The position numbers and the translations under genes were made by a program. Shown piece by piece: positions 50,900-61,568 of a stretch of 64,000 nt of DNA; positions within the stretch are counted from its first letter, which is position 1, and the number at the start of each line of letters is the position of its first letter. The stretch comes from Gammaproteobacteria bacterium. GTDB lineage: Bacteria > Pseudomonadota > Gammaproteobacteria > SZUA-229. The stretch is from positions 13,546-77,545 of the forward strand of contig JAOULC010000007.1 in NCBI GenBank assembly GCA_029882215.1. The letters are read 5' to 3'. Under the pieces are notes generated by a model, which did not search any database, was not told the origin of the DNA, and saw only the letters and a program-made list of their open reading frames with translations.

Positions 50900-52180
50900 T
50901 TAATGACGATAGACAGAACAGGCAAATAATCGTCGTTCTATATCGCGGATAACTTGAATATATTCTTCACTGCTTAAATTGCCATATTCAATTCTGAATT
51001 CTTCGGCCGTTAATCCTTCCTGCAGGCCACTGATATCCGCCATTATTTCATCTTCCGAACTTAGCTGACTCAGCCTGCTCTGTATTTCAACTGCTCTTGC
51101 CGGTGACTGTGCTAAGGTCGCCAGCTTATTACCGGCAATATCAGCCATCAGATCCACAAAACTAAACCCGCTGCCGCCGTTAGCATCTTTAAGCTCTTTC
51201 CTTAATCCTATCGCATTTGACCAGACAGAATCGCTCATCATATTAATGGCACTGCTGATAAGGTAGTGCTTTGTTAAATCACCACGGTCTTTCAGAGTAA
51301 GTTCAATTCTCGGGCGCACGGACAATGTCTCATCACTGACATATGACAGCGGATTTTTATTAATCGTATATGCTGCCAAAGTCAGTAAGGCAATTCGATT
51401 TTCTTCAACAGCCTGTTCATTTATCAGCGACCGCTTCTGTGCAAATGTAAAGATTGGCGCAACAACATTTATAACCGACTGTTCTTTTGTATCAAGCTCA
51501 CTAAGTATCCTGTCCATTTCAAGCGCATAAGCACTGATACGCTCTCGCTGAACATCATCGACTGCCACTTTTTTTATGACACTTCTCAGCTTACTGTAAT
51601 CGATGCGCTTAATCTGATAGTGAACTGTCATCGCAGAATCAGCGACATCAATACGCTTAACCAGTTTCCACAATAAATAATACGATGGATAGTGTTCTTT
51701 AATATAATCGGCAATGGCCGGTTGCAAATAATGCAGAACAACAGACGGCACCGATAAATGTCCTATGCTCATTTCATCAATCACAAAATATCTGGCATAA
51801 CCAACACTCATTGTCAGTTTAATATTAATAAACTTTCCCAGCGGATTTGATGGTAAACGGTAGGACAGATCTGAATATATGATTCCCTTTTTTAAATTCA
51901 CACTGGCGCGCAATTTGTTTTCTAAAAATTGATTTGCAAAGCGCAGCAAGTCATTCAGCTCACTGTCTGTTATTTGTAACTGCACCTTAGCAGCCGATAC
52001 TACTTTTGCCGGTGAATTTTCCGAAGCAAGCTGTCGTATCCTCGCAACATCCTGATCAGTCAGTGGCAGCGGTGCCGGTACTGAGGCGCTATCATCAACT
52101 GAAATAAACACAGCACCGGCAAGCAGAACTAGCAAGCATAAAATCGTTATTACAATTGTGTAGAGTAAAGTTTTGATCAT
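50900..52180 (-). CDS. Hypothetical membrane-anchored periplasmic protein (426 aa), third gene of the DUF2062 operon
   Basis: A single N-terminal TM helix and a large soluble domain. It starts 36 nt after the upstream gene. Confidence 0.45.
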   Translation of the reverse strand: MIKTLLYTIVITILCLLVLLAGAVFISVDDSASVPAPLPLTDQDVARIRQLASENSPAKVVSAAKVQLQITDSELNDLLRFANQFLENKLRASVNLKKGIIYSDLSYRLPSNPLGKFINIKLTMSVGYARYFVIDEMSIGHLSVPSVVLHYLQPAIADYIKEHYPSYYLLWKLVKRIDVADSAMTVHYQIKRIDYSKLRSVIKKVAVDDVQRERISAYALEMDRILSELDTKEQSVINVVAPIFTFAQKRSLINEQAVEENRIALLTLAAYTINKNPLSYVSDETLSVRPRIELTLKDRGDLTKHYLISSAINMMSDSVWSNAIGLRKELKDANGGSGFSFVDLMADIAGNKLATLAQSPARAVEIQSRLSQLSSEDEIMADISGLQEGLTAEEFRIEYGNLSSEEYIQVIRDIERRLFACSVYRH

Positions 52181-52216
52181 TTAATTGTCCATATAATCTG
52201 TTGATCACGAAAATAT

Positions 52217-53944
52217 TTATTTTTTATATTTATTTAATTTTTCAGTAATGTCTGTCTGCTTAGTATTAATCGATCTTTTAAGATCATCCAGGCCGGCAAC
52301 TGACTGCTCAATACTATCAATATCAGCTGCATACTTATTTTTAATTTTCAATGCCAGCTGATCTTCATAATCTTTTCTGATTTTTGCAAAGCTGGCACTG
52401 AGCTGTTTATTGATTTTATTATCAATATCAGAGTCGATCTTGATATCCGGTTTATTCAGCGTACCTTTCAGCTCGGCATTAATATTAAACTCGCTGATAT
52501 TCAGCATGGCGGCCGTCACTAATGATGAAAAACTTTTGTCCGACGGGTCTTTTGTGCTATCAAATTTTACTTTTTTAAACCGTGCATCGACATCAGCACT
52601 TAATTTACCCGACTGTAAACTGGCTTTCGACCGCATATCCAGCATCGCCGTTTCCATTACCAACGGCAAGCTTGTACCGGCAGAGACTTCATACTGTCTT
52701 ATATTTCGCTGATCAATATCATAATTTACAGCAAAGCGCGGAGCTTTCTTATCTCTAAGATCTAACACCGCACTCATTATCTCTGATTTGCTATGAATGA
52801 GATCTTTACCGCTTAGTTTTATCTCTGCCGGTTTATTATTGATTTTCTGATCAAAGGCAATATAACGGGCTTTGCCGTCAAACTTCCCTGCTGGCAGTCT
52901 TGCTGTAAAGCCCGCCTTTTTAATCAAAAACCCAGGCTGAGGGTCATTATCCTTAAATTCAACATACCTGCCCTGACCTCTGACAATCTGCTCCTCACTT
53001 GCTTCATCTGCTGCAACATAGGGGGCAATTTTTTTATACACATTTCTGGCCGATTCAATATAACCTGTAATCTCTTCACTAAAAAGAAGCCGGCTTATAT
53101 TTGCAACACCGCCTGAATTCAGGCTGATGGAAGATTTTATTTTTTGCAGATCTTTACCCGGCATTTTTTTAGCCTGCGCATATAAAATATTTAGCTCATC
53201 TGAATCTTTTTTTAGTTTGTCTTTATCTTTTTTTATTTCCCGCAGTTCATCTGACACTTCATTTTTTAAATCTTTGAAATCTTTAAGCGCCTGCAGTTTC
53301 TCTTTTGCACTGCCGCTTTTAATGTTTGTTTTAACGGTATTATAACGACTGCTATATCCATCCCACTTGTTTTTATCACTGACTCTTGACTCTATATCAG
53401 CCCAGCTTACTTTCGTTTGTTTTGCTTTTTCATTAACAGCTTTAAATGCATTCTCTGTATCCAGGCCTGTTTTATTAATGAGCTCATCCATATCCGGCAT
53501 CGTTAAAGATGAGGCACCCATAAAGCCGTTGCCCGCATCTGTTTCTGGCGTCTTCTCCTCTTGAGTCTGATCTTCTTCAACAAAGACTGCACCGGCCTGC
53601 ATTCGCTGAGTGGCAAACTGAATATTGTCCAGCTGTAGCTCATTAACAATAAAGCGTCCTCTTAACAGTGAGCGGGTATCGACTTCAAGCACCGCCTTAC
53701 TGATCTCCAGTGAATTCTCAAGCGGATTTTCATTATTAGTTACCTGAATCTTATCGAGTTTAATAACCAGGGGATTAAACGCGACGGCTGCTTCATTAAT
53801 ATTTACTTCTGCGCCATTTAGCGAGGACAACTGTGACTGCAGAATCATTTTGCTGATGCTGGCAGAGAATAACACCAGCGTTAAAACACTTAGCAATGCA
53901 AGGCTAAGTAGTATGATCAGGCCTTTTGTTCTTATCAGATTCAT
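52217..53944 (-). CDS. Uncharacterised envelope protein, TIGR03545-like / AsmA-like (N-terminal TM anchor, Lys/Glu-rich coiled-coil centre)
   Basis: 575 aa with an N-terminal TM. It is paired head-to-tail with a DUF2062 gene at a 1-nt gap. The family assignment is from recalled knowledge of the TIGR03545/TIGR03546 gene pair. Confidence 0.45.
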   Translation of the reverse strand: MNLIRTKGLIILLSLALLSVLTLVLFSASISKMILQSQLSSLNGAEVNINEAAVAFNPLVIKLDKIQVTNNENPLENSLEISKAVLEVDTRSLLRGRFIVNELQLDNIQFATQRMQAGAVFVEEDQTQEEKTPETDAGNGFMGASSLTMPDMDELINKTGLDTENAFKAVNEKAKQTKVSWADIESRVSDKNKWDGYSSRYNTVKTNIKSGSAKEKLQALKDFKDLKNEVSDELREIKKDKDKLKKDSDELNILYAQAKKMPGKDLQKIKSSISLNSGGVANISRLLFSEEITGYIESARNVYKKIAPYVAADEASEEQIVRGQGRYVEFKDNDPQPGFLIKKAGFTARLPAGKFDGKARYIAFDQKINNKPAEIKLSGKDLIHSKSEIMSAVLDLRDKKAPRFAVNYDIDQRNIRQYEVSAGTSLPLVMETAMLDMRSKASLQSGKLSADVDARFKKVKFDSTKDPSDKSFSSLVTAAMLNISEFNINAELKGTLNKPDIKIDSDIDNKINKQLSASFAKIRKDYEDQLALKIKNKYAADIDSIEQSVAGLDDLKRSINTKQTDITEKLNKYKK

Positions 53945-53945
53945 C

Positions 53946-54461
53946 TTAACTAACCCGCTCTGCCACTGCTGTTAACTTTCCTAACAGTTTCGACTGACTT
54001 ATGTACTGAAACAAGCGCGAGCTTTTCCAGTGTTTTTCAATCGCCACCCTGTATCGCTTAATCAAAAAATTTGAAAGTAGAAATAAAGGTATAAAAGCGG
54101 CCAGTGATATCACTAAACTGCCCATATTCAGGGTATTGTTAAACCGTAACAGGTACCAGAAACTATTGTTATACATCCAGCTAAACAACGAATTCAGTTC
54201 TGCAACTGATAACACTGCACTGCCAAGCTGAAGCAGCAGCGGATCTAACAGATAGGCAATAATGCTGATCAGTCCTGCTGACAGCATCAGCACCGACAGA
54301 TTCGCCCGCAAGATGATCAGCAAAACAACGGCCAGCAATGCTTGTATTGAAATCGCAGGCGACAACCCCAGTACAAAACCCAGACAGATCCCAAGACTCA
54401 ACTGAGCCGGCTCGATGTCTGAGCTCATTAGTCTAATTATCTTTGCAAAAGACGATATCAT
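53946..54461 (-). CDS. DUF2062-family small inner-membrane protein (TIGR03546-like)
   Basis: 171 aa with 3-4 TM helices. The N-terminal LSLGICLGFVLGLSP is typical of DUF2062. Confidence 0.5.
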   Translation of the reverse strand: MISSFAKIIRLMSSDIEPAQLSLGICLGFVLGLSPAISIQALLAVVLLIILRANLSVLMLSAGLISIIAYLLDPLLLQLGSAVLSVAELNSLFSWMYNNSFWYLLRFNNTLNMGSLVISLAAFIPLFLLSNFLIKRYRVAIEKHWKSSRLFQYISQSKLLGKLTAVAERVS

Positions 54462-54769
54462 TATTTATCCTCTGGTCTTATTAGTGAGTCTGCAGTGATT
54501 TATCAAAATACTAGAGTAAAAGCAGCTGATTATAATGCTTAATCTTAGACGACAGCTTAGTAAAGTAAACGCCCGCATTTTATCAGTTTGAAGCAGGGCT
54601 CTAAAGTGCATTATATACACCTGAAATTGCCGATTCCGATAACAGGGAGGTATTTTCCGATTATAACGACTAAAATAAGCTGATATCTCATATATAATTG
54701 ATCTTCAGAGGTCAATCCATCAGCTTGTTTTACAGACCATTTTTTTTGCCTGTCAAAGTGTATTTAGCC

Positions 54770-55288
54770 ATGAAGTTCTTACAATTTGTATTCACATTAC
54801 TCATCATTTCAGCAATCTCGCTTAACTGCCGGGCCGAAGAACTCTCTCGCGAGCAAATAAAAGGCCTTGATGAACAGGTACAGGACATTAAAAAAGATGT
54901 TCTGGCCATCTCAGCGGAATTAACCTTGCTGGAGGAAAAACTGCTCTATCCCTCTAATACACAGGTTTCCATTTTTATATCCGTGGCCAAAGACAGCCAG
55001 TATACCCCTGATGCAGTACAAATTAAGATCGACGATAAGGATGTTGCCCACCATATCTATAGCTATAAGGAAGTCGGCGCCTTACAAATGGGCGGCGTAC
55101 AACGTGTCTACACTGGTAATATCCGCGGTGGTGAGCATAAACTGGATGTGAGTGTCATCGGCCAACAGGCAGGGAATGACGCATATAACAGCAAAAAGTC
55201 ATTCACCATAACAAAGAAAGTGGGCGCAAAGCTGGTCGAAATACAGCTAGGCTCCGGTTCAGCCTTAATTCAAATTAAAGAAAGATAG
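54770..55288 (+). CDS. Secreted hypothetical protein (first gene of the TPR / TolQ-TolR / TonB-like operon)
   Basis: A classical signal peptide MKFLQFVFTLLIISAISLNCRA|EE. The upstream in-frame extension uses TTG and is rejected. Confidence 0.55.
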   Translation: MKFLQFVFTLLIISAISLNCRAEELSREQIKGLDEQVQDIKKDVLAISAELTLLEEKLLYPSNTQVSIFISVAKDSQYTPDAVQIKIDDKDVAHHIYSYKEVGALQMGGVQRVYTGNIRGGEHKLDVSVIGQQAGNDAYNSKKSFTITKKVGAKLVEIQLGSGSALIQIKER

Positions 55289-55291
55289 CTC

Positions 55292-57229
55292 ATGAATCGC
55301 TTCATGATGATGCTGGCCATGGTAACAGCCCCTGTTATAGGCGCAGCACAGGTCCCAGCTGCCGAAAAAACCGATTTATACTTTAGCGAAGGCCTGTATT
55401 ACGCCTATCAGGGCAATTATTTTGATGCCATCAGCCGGCTTGATGCTGAACTTGGCCAATACCACGGGCTTGATGAACCGGAATTAAATTCATTACACTA
55501 CTACATTAATAATGCCGAATTTTCCATTGGCGATTTCGAGCTATATTACCGTATGCATAAGCGGGCCGGGCGGGCCATCAAGTCCGTTATAGAAGGCGAT
55601 GTTGAAGACAGCATAAAAAATGAAGCCGCTTACCGGCTGGCAAAAATATTTCATGAAAAACAACAAGCTAAGGAAGCTCTGGACACTGTCCAGCGGATAA
55701 CAGGTGCTGTTCCGGACACCATTAAATACGACCTGGCTTTACTCAAAGCGCAGATTTATATCTCCAACAAACTCTTCAAAGAAGCCATCTCGTTACTGGC
55801 TGGTATTCAGCATGATACTGAAGTGGCCGGTTTTGCAGCCTACAATCTGGCGCTCGCTTTTATTGGTAATAATGAAATTGATAAAGGTTTGTCACAGCTC
55901 GACACCGTCGGCCAGATAAGCTCAAATGATCTGGCTGTACTGGGTATAAAGGATAAGGCCAATCTGGTTCTCGGCTATAAACTGATGGAAAACGATAAAC
56001 CCGAGCAAGCCAAGAAATACTTCCAGCGTATCCGTTTAAACGGCCCCTTCTCAAACCGCGCCTTGCTCGGTTTAGGCTGGGCTGATATAGCTGCACAAAA
56101 CTACAAGCGTGCCCTCGTGCCATGGACCATGCTGAGTAAAAGAGCACCGACAGAGTCATCGGTGCAGGAAGCCTTATCCGGCTTACCGTTTGCTTACGGT
56201 AAGCTAGAAGCGCATGGCAGGGCCGCAATTTTATACGGCAACGCACTTGAAACCTACAGTCAGGAACTCGTCAAACTGGATGCCTCCATCAAAAGTATCC
56301 GTGAAGGCAAGTTCCTCGAAGCCGTTGTCAGGGAGGAATTTAACAAGGATAAAAACTGGCTGATTAACCTGCGTGATTTACCGGACAGCCCGGAAACGCA
56401 CTATTTAATGCAATTGCTGGCATCAAACGACTTTCAGGCATCTCTAAAAAACTATTTTGACCTGGTCCAGCTCGGTAAAAAAATACTGTCATGGGATGGT
56501 TATCTGGACTCTTATGATGAGATCATTGCAAAACGTAAGAATTACCTGACACCATTATTCCCTTCGGTACAGGATCAGTTCCGTGCTCTCGACTCACGGA
56601 TGAAGCTGCGACTGACACAACAAGAAAAAATCACCAGCCGGCTCAATAACATGCTGATTGCACCAAGGCCTGATTTTCTGGCCACGGCTGATGAACGAAT
56701 TGCGATGAATAAAATATACGCGCTGGAAAAACAACTCGCTAAAACTAAATCCCCCGACAAACAGGCCAGCGAGCGACTACAGCGTTTAAAAGGCGTGATT
56801 AACTGGAACATTGAAACACAATATCAGGCCAGATTCACCGAAGCTTATAACAGCTCTCGCTCACTTGATGAGGGCTTTGTTAAATTAAACGGGATTTATC
56901 GCTCTTTTGTCAGAACCCGCCAGGCCGCCACACAAAGTTACATCGGTTATGACGCGAGCATCCGCCAACTACGGGTGCGCATCAAAGCCGCCGATGAACG
57001 AATTAAGTTACTGCTTTCCCGGCAAGGTTACATGCTGGAAAAAATGGCCATACAGGAATTACAGGTCAGTCGCAAACGTATCGAAGAACTGCAGATTAAA
57101 GCCCGCTTCGCACTGGCCGAAAGTTATGACCGTGCGCTTAAAGCCAAACAAAAAGCCGAACTTGAAAAAGCACTTAAAGAAAATGAAGCTCAGTCCGCAC
57201 CGGTTATCGATAAAGGTGAGAAAAAGTGA
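55292..57229 (+). CDS. Periplasmic tetratricopeptide-repeat protein (645 aa)
   Basis: A signal peptide, multiple TPR-like helical repeats, and a coiled-coil C-terminus. It has a 4-nt overlap with the next gene. Confidence 0.7.
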   Translation: MNRFMMMLAMVTAPVIGAAQVPAAEKTDLYFSEGLYYAYQGNYFDAISRLDAELGQYHGLDEPELNSLHYYINNAEFSIGDFELYYRMHKRAGRAIKSVIEGDVEDSIKNEAAYRLAKIFHEKQQAKEALDTVQRITGAVPDTIKYDLALLKAQIYISNKLFKEAISLLAGIQHDTEVAGFAAYNLALAFIGNNEIDKGLSQLDTVGQISSNDLAVLGIKDKANLVLGYKLMENDKPEQAKKYFQRIRLNGPFSNRALLGLGWADIAAQNYKRALVPWTMLSKRAPTESSVQEALSGLPFAYGKLEAHGRAAILYGNALETYSQELVKLDASIKSIREGKFLEAVVREEFNKDKNWLINLRDLPDSPETHYLMQLLASNDFQASLKNYFDLVQLGKKILSWDGYLDSYDEIIAKRKNYLTPLFPSVQDQFRALDSRMKLRLTQQEKITSRLNNMLIAPRPDFLATADERIAMNKIYALEKQLAKTKSPDKQASERLQRLKGVINWNIETQYQARFTEAYNSSRSLDEGFVKLNGIYRSFVRTRQAATQSYIGYDASIRQLRVRIKAADERIKLLLSRQGYMLEKMAIQELQVSRKRIEELQIKARFALAESYDRALKAKQKAELEKALKENEAQSAPVIDKGEKK

Positions 57230-60200
57230 AGCCGTTAAAAGCGACATTTATTTTCAGCCTGGCCTTTGTAAGCGCCTGCTCCAGCATTGATAAAAGAACC
57301 ATAGAAGGTCTGCTTGATGTTGAAATAGAAGTCAAAGATGTTGATATTCAGGGTGGCGCGCAAAAAGCCATGCAAAGCTATCAGCAGTTCCTCGAAAGCA
57401 CACCTGATTCGGCAATGACACCGGACGCCATACGCCGTTTAGCCGATCTTAATATCGAACAGGAATACGGTGTCATCAACGACACTGAAAAAACATCACT
57501 CAGCCAGCCTGAAATAGCAAAAATCAGTCCGGCAGAAGCGGCGACATCAAACCCAGCCACAGACAAAACTTCAACTGCCGAAGACAAAGCCGGTAGCACA
57601 AAAACGGCAGGTGACTCAGCAACTAAAGCAGCCATCACAGGCCCTAAAGAAAAAGACCAGCCGCTGATTCTTGCCGATGGTTCAAACCTTGAAGACCTGC
57701 AAACCGAGGGCGCACAAAAGGCCATAGCGCTGTATTTAAAGCTACTGAAGAAATTTCCGGACTACGAGCGCAATGACCAGGTGCTTTATCAGTTATCACG
57801 CGCCTATGAAGAAACAGGGCAGGTTGAAGAAGCCATGCGGGTAATGAACCGGCTGATCAAAGAATACCCTCTTTCACGGCACTTCCCTGAAGTTCAGTTC
57901 CGTCGGGGCGAATACTTTTTTACCCGCAAGAAATTACTTGATGCCGAAGACGCTTATAAGTCACTGATAGACACCGGTAAAGGCTCGGAATATTTTGCGC
58001 TTGCACTCTACAAGCTGGGCTGGACATTTTACAAACAGGAATTATACGAAGAAGGCCTGCATAATTTTATCGGCCTATTAGATTACAAACTCAGCACCGG
58101 CTATGACTTTGAATCCAGCACTAATGATGCTGAAAAAAAACGTCATGAAGACACTTACCGGGTTATCAGCTTAAGCTTTTCAAATCTCGGCGGCCCGGAT
58201 GCCGTGATCAGTTATTTCAATAAGTTCGGTTCCAGAAGCTATGAACATGAAGTCTACGCACAACTGGCTGAGCATTACCTGATCAAACGCCGTTATAGTG
58301 ATGCCGCGAAAACATATAATGCGTTTATCGAGCATAATCCTTTCAGTAAATCATCACCTCACTTTAGTATGCGGGTGATTGATATTTATCAGAAAGGCGG
58401 TTTCCCGCGGCTGGTTATTGAAGCCAAAAAAGCCTACTCTGTTACTTATGGTTTGCGTGCTGACTACTGGAAGTATTTCAACCCGTCACAGCATGAAGAT
58501 GTTATTGCCTACTTAAAGAAAAATATTATTGACCTTGCCAATCACTATCACGCACTCTATCAAAACAAACGTTTGCGGGACAAGCGACCGGCTAACTTTA
58601 AAGAAGCCTCACACTGGTACAGAGAATTTCTTCTTTCGTTTCCTAAAGATGAAGAATCCGCTGGTATTAACTACCAGCTGGCCGATTTATTCTTAGAAAA
58701 CAAAAACTTTTTACTGGCCGCCGTCGAATATGAAAAAACCGCATACGACTACAAGTTAAACGAAAAATCATCCGAAGCCGGATATTCTGCCGTTTACGCT
58801 TATAGCCAGCATTTAAAGGTTGTCTCTGCCTATGAAAAGCTGACGATCAAACGTCAGGTAATCCGTACCTCGCTTAAATTTGTAGATGTCTTCCCGCAGC
58901 ACAAAAAAGCTGTAAGCATCCTCGCAGCCGCTGCAGATTACCTGTATGAGCTGAAAGACTTTCAGCTGGCGATCAATGCCTCGCATAAGCTGATCAAGAA
59001 CTACCCGTCTATTGAGCAGAAGCAGTTACGCTCTTCATGGCTGGTTATTGCCTACGCCTCTTTTGATTTGCTTATTTACAATGATGCAGAAACCGCTTTC
59101 ATTAATGTGCTCGCTATCCGCCTTAAAGATGAAAGTAAAAAACAGCGCCTTGAGTTACAGGAAAACCTGGCAGCTGCCGTCTATAAGCAAGGTGAACAGG
59201 CCGTCAAACTTGAGGATTATGCACTGGCTGCCAGTCACTTTTTACGCGTTGGCCAGTTAGTACCGCATTCTAAAATACGCTCAACGGCAGATTACGATGC
59301 CGCGACCGCCTTTATCCAGCTAAAAGACTGGCCACGTGCCGCTGAAGTACTGGTTGCCTTCAGAAAAGCCTATCCAAGCCATAAGCTGCAAAAAGAAGTT
59401 ACCAAGAAAATGGCTTATGTTTATCAGGAGAATAAAGAATACAACAACGCCGCAAGAGAATATGAACGCATTGCGCGTGACACGCTCGATAATGACATTC
59501 GACGCGAATCACTATTAACTGCTGCCGACCTTTACCAGAAAGTACCTGACCAGCAAAATGAACTGCGTATATACATCAGCTTCGTTAAGCTGTTTCCAAA
59601 TCCGGTGGAAGACTCACTTGAGATCAGTAATAAAATTGCGACCATATATAAATCAACTAATGACCGTGAAAATTACTTAAAAACCCTTAAGCACATTATT
59701 GCCGTCGACGCGAAAGCCGGAAAACAACGTACAGATCGTACACGTTATCTTGCCGGCATGGCACAGCTGGCTGTGATAGAGCCGCTGTACACAAATTTTG
59801 TGGCACTTAAACTGGTTAAACCCTTCAAGAAGAATCTGAAGAAAAAACAAAACCAAATGAAAGCGAATATTAAGCGCTACAATAATCTGGTTGACTACGG
59901 TGTCGGCGATGTAACTGCTGCTGCCACCTATTATATTGCCGAGACTTATTACAACTTTAGCCGTTCACTGATGGAGTCTGAGCGTCCTGCCAAACTGTCG
60001 GATCTGGAGCTGGAACAATATGAAATCATTCTGGAAGAGCAGGCCTATCCGTTTGAAGAAAAAACGATAAATATCCACAAGAAAAACATCGAGCTCTTAT
60101 CGGTCGGCGTGTATAGCCAGTGGATAGATAAGTCACTGAAAAAGCTGGGGCAACTGGTACCGGGACGATATGCCAAATACGAAGAAAGTAGCGGCGTGTT

Positions 60201-60513
60201 GAACTCTATGCTGAGCTATACCTACATTGTTAAAAAATTAGCGCCGGTAAAACCCGCCACAGAGGCGCCCGTCACTGATAAGACGGACACGGCACAAAGC
60301 GGCGTTAGTGATAAGGAGCCAACTGCAGAGGTGAATCAACAAACAGCGGCTCCAGCTATTAATGAGCCCGTCAACGATGAAGCTAAAGTGCCAGCTGATG
60401 CCGCTGTTAACAATAACGCGACAAATGCTGAAACGGAAGTTAAAGCAGACGCTCCTGCAACTAAAGAGCCCGCAGCGACTGTCACTGACAGTCAGCAAAC
60501 CGATGAAAACTAA
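57226..60513 (+). CDS. Large TPR-repeat lipoprotein (1095 aa) with low-complexity Ala/Thr/Glu-rich termini
   Basis: Lipobox VSAC, extensive TPR-like repeats, and a C-terminal low-complexity tail. Confidence 0.7.
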   Translation: MKPLKATFIFSLAFVSACSSIDKRTIEGLLDVEIEVKDVDIQGGAQKAMQSYQQFLESTPDSAMTPDAIRRLADLNIEQEYGVINDTEKTSLSQPEIAKISPAEAATSNPATDKTSTAEDKAGSTKTAGDSATKAAITGPKEKDQPLILADGSNLEDLQTEGAQKAIALYLKLLKKFPDYERNDQVLYQLSRAYEETGQVEEAMRVMNRLIKEYPLSRHFPEVQFRRGEYFFTRKKLLDAEDAYKSLIDTGKGSEYFALALYKLGWTFYKQELYEEGLHNFIGLLDYKLSTGYDFESSTNDAEKKRHEDTYRVISLSFSNLGGPDAVISYFNKFGSRSYEHEVYAQLAEHYLIKRRYSDAAKTYNAFIEHNPFSKSSPHFSMRVIDIYQKGGFPRLVIEAKKAYSVTYGLRADYWKYFNPSQHEDVIAYLKKNIIDLANHYHALYQNKRLRDKRPANFKEASHWYREFLLSFPKDEESAGINYQLADLFLENKNFLLAAVEYEKTAYDYKLNEKSSEAGYSAVYAYSQHLKVVSAYEKLTIKRQVIRTSLKFVDVFPQHKKAVSILAAAADYLYELKDFQLAINASHKLIKNYPSIEQKQLRSSWLVIAYASFDLLIYNDAETAFINVLAIRLKDESKKQRLELQENLAAAVYKQGEQAVKLEDYALAASHFLRVGQLVPHSKIRSTADYDAATAFIQLKDWPRAAEVLVAFRKAYPSHKLQKEVTKKMAYVYQENKEYNNAAREYERIARDTLDNDIRRESLLTAADLYQKVPDQQNELRIYISFVKLFPNPVEDSLEISNKIATIYKSTNDRENYLKTLKHIIAVDAKAGKQRTDRTRYLAGMAQLAVIEPLYTNFVALKLVKPFKKNLKKKQNQMKANIKRYNNLVDYGVGDVTAAATYYIAETYYNFSRSLMESERPAKLSDLELEQYEIILEEQAYPFEEKTINIHKKNIELLSVGVYSQWIDKSLKKLGQLVPGRYAKYEESSGVLNSMLSYTYIVKKLAPVKPATEAPVTDKTDTAQSGVSDKEPTAEVNQQTAAPAINEPVNDEAKVPADAAVNNNATNAETEVKADAPATKEPAATVTDSQQTDEN

Positions 60514-60646
60514 ACATAAGGCCTGTTTTATCAGGAATATATGCATATTAGTCACTAATTACTCACATTAGAGTAATATCTAATATAATTAATTAGTTAC
60601 TGACCAAAAGTAACGATATGGACACCGACACACTTGAAACATCACT

Positions 60647-61261
60647 ATGCTTAGTTTAATTAAACATCGCCGTAAGCCACTCAGCCTGCTATTAATGACA
60701 AGCCTGCTGAGCGCCTGCATGGTCGCAGAAGTTAAGCAGGAAGCTGACGATGAACGTGATATCGTTATTTCAGAAGAGTACGGTGTTGATGCTGATGTCA
60801 CACAAAAATTTAACCAGGCTGTTGAACTCATTGGCCAGAAACAATACGAGAAAGCAGTTACTTTGTTAACCGATGTAACCGCCCGAACCGACAAGCACAG
60901 TGCCCCTTATGTTAATCTGGGTGTGGCCTATGCAAAACTTGGAAAAATTGATGAAGCCGAAGAAAACTTGCTAAAAGCTCTAAAAATCAACCCGCTTCAT
61001 CCGGTGACGAATAATGAGCTGGGCATAGTTTATCGTCAGCGCGGACGTTTTGAAGATGCCAAGAAGGCTTATCAAGCCGTCATCAGCCGTTACCCAAGAT
61101 TTCTTCCTGCTATCAGAAACCTTGGCATATTATGTGATATTTTTATGAATGATCTTGAATGTGCTATAGAACAATATGCTGCCTATTTAGAATATTCTCC
61201 GGATGAGAAAAATATTCAAATCTGGCTGACTGATCTTCAACGCCGCGCGGGTAAAAACTAA
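60647..61261 (+). CDS. TPR-repeat lipoprotein (204 aa)
   Basis: Lipobox LSAC and three or four TPR motifs (…AVELIGQKQYEKAV…; …LGVAYAKLGKIDEAEENLLKALKINP…). Confidence 0.7.
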   Translation: MLSLIKHRRKPLSLLLMTSLLSACMVAEVKQEADDERDIVISEEYGVDADVTQKFNQAVELIGQKQYEKAVTLLTDVTARTDKHSAPYVNLGVAYAKLGKIDEAEENLLKALKINPLHPVTNNELGIVYRQRGRFEDAKKAYQAVISRYPRFLPAIRNLGILCDIFMNDLECAIEQYAAYLEYSPDEKNIQIWLTDLQRRAGKN

Positions 61262-61530
61262 TGTCTTTAAAGCTGTTACCACTTTTCGCAGTTATTATAT
61301 CGCTGCTGACTGTTACTGCTCAGGCTGAGGAAGTAAAATCACTGTCCGGTATTTCCATAATCGGTAATAAAGATGCGCCTAAGTCGCTTTATATTGTGCC
61401 GTGGAGAAGTGCCGAATTAGGTATGGAGTCCGATTTGAACTCAAGTTTACTGAATGAGGGCCTGCATCCCATCGATAAAGACGTGTTTTTAAGAGAACTG
61501 GATTTTTATCAAATCAGTAAATCAAAATGA
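61261..61530 (+). CDS. Small secreted protein (89 aa)
   Basis: Signal peptide, and a TAATG overlap with the preceding gene. Confidence 0.45.
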   Translation: MSLKLLPLFAVIISLLTVTAQAEEVKSLSGISIIGNKDAPKSLYIVPWRSAELGMESDLNSSLLNEGLHPIDKDVFLRELDFYQISKSK

Positions 61531-61568
61531 TTTAACCTTATCTATTTAATATATTAAGAGGAATAAAG

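Noticed and set aside
54698-54769. TTG-initiated upstream extension of the first gene of the TPR / TolQ-TolR operon
   Set aside because: The ATG at 54770 yields a textbook signal peptide, and the extension has no signal-peptide-compatible sequence.
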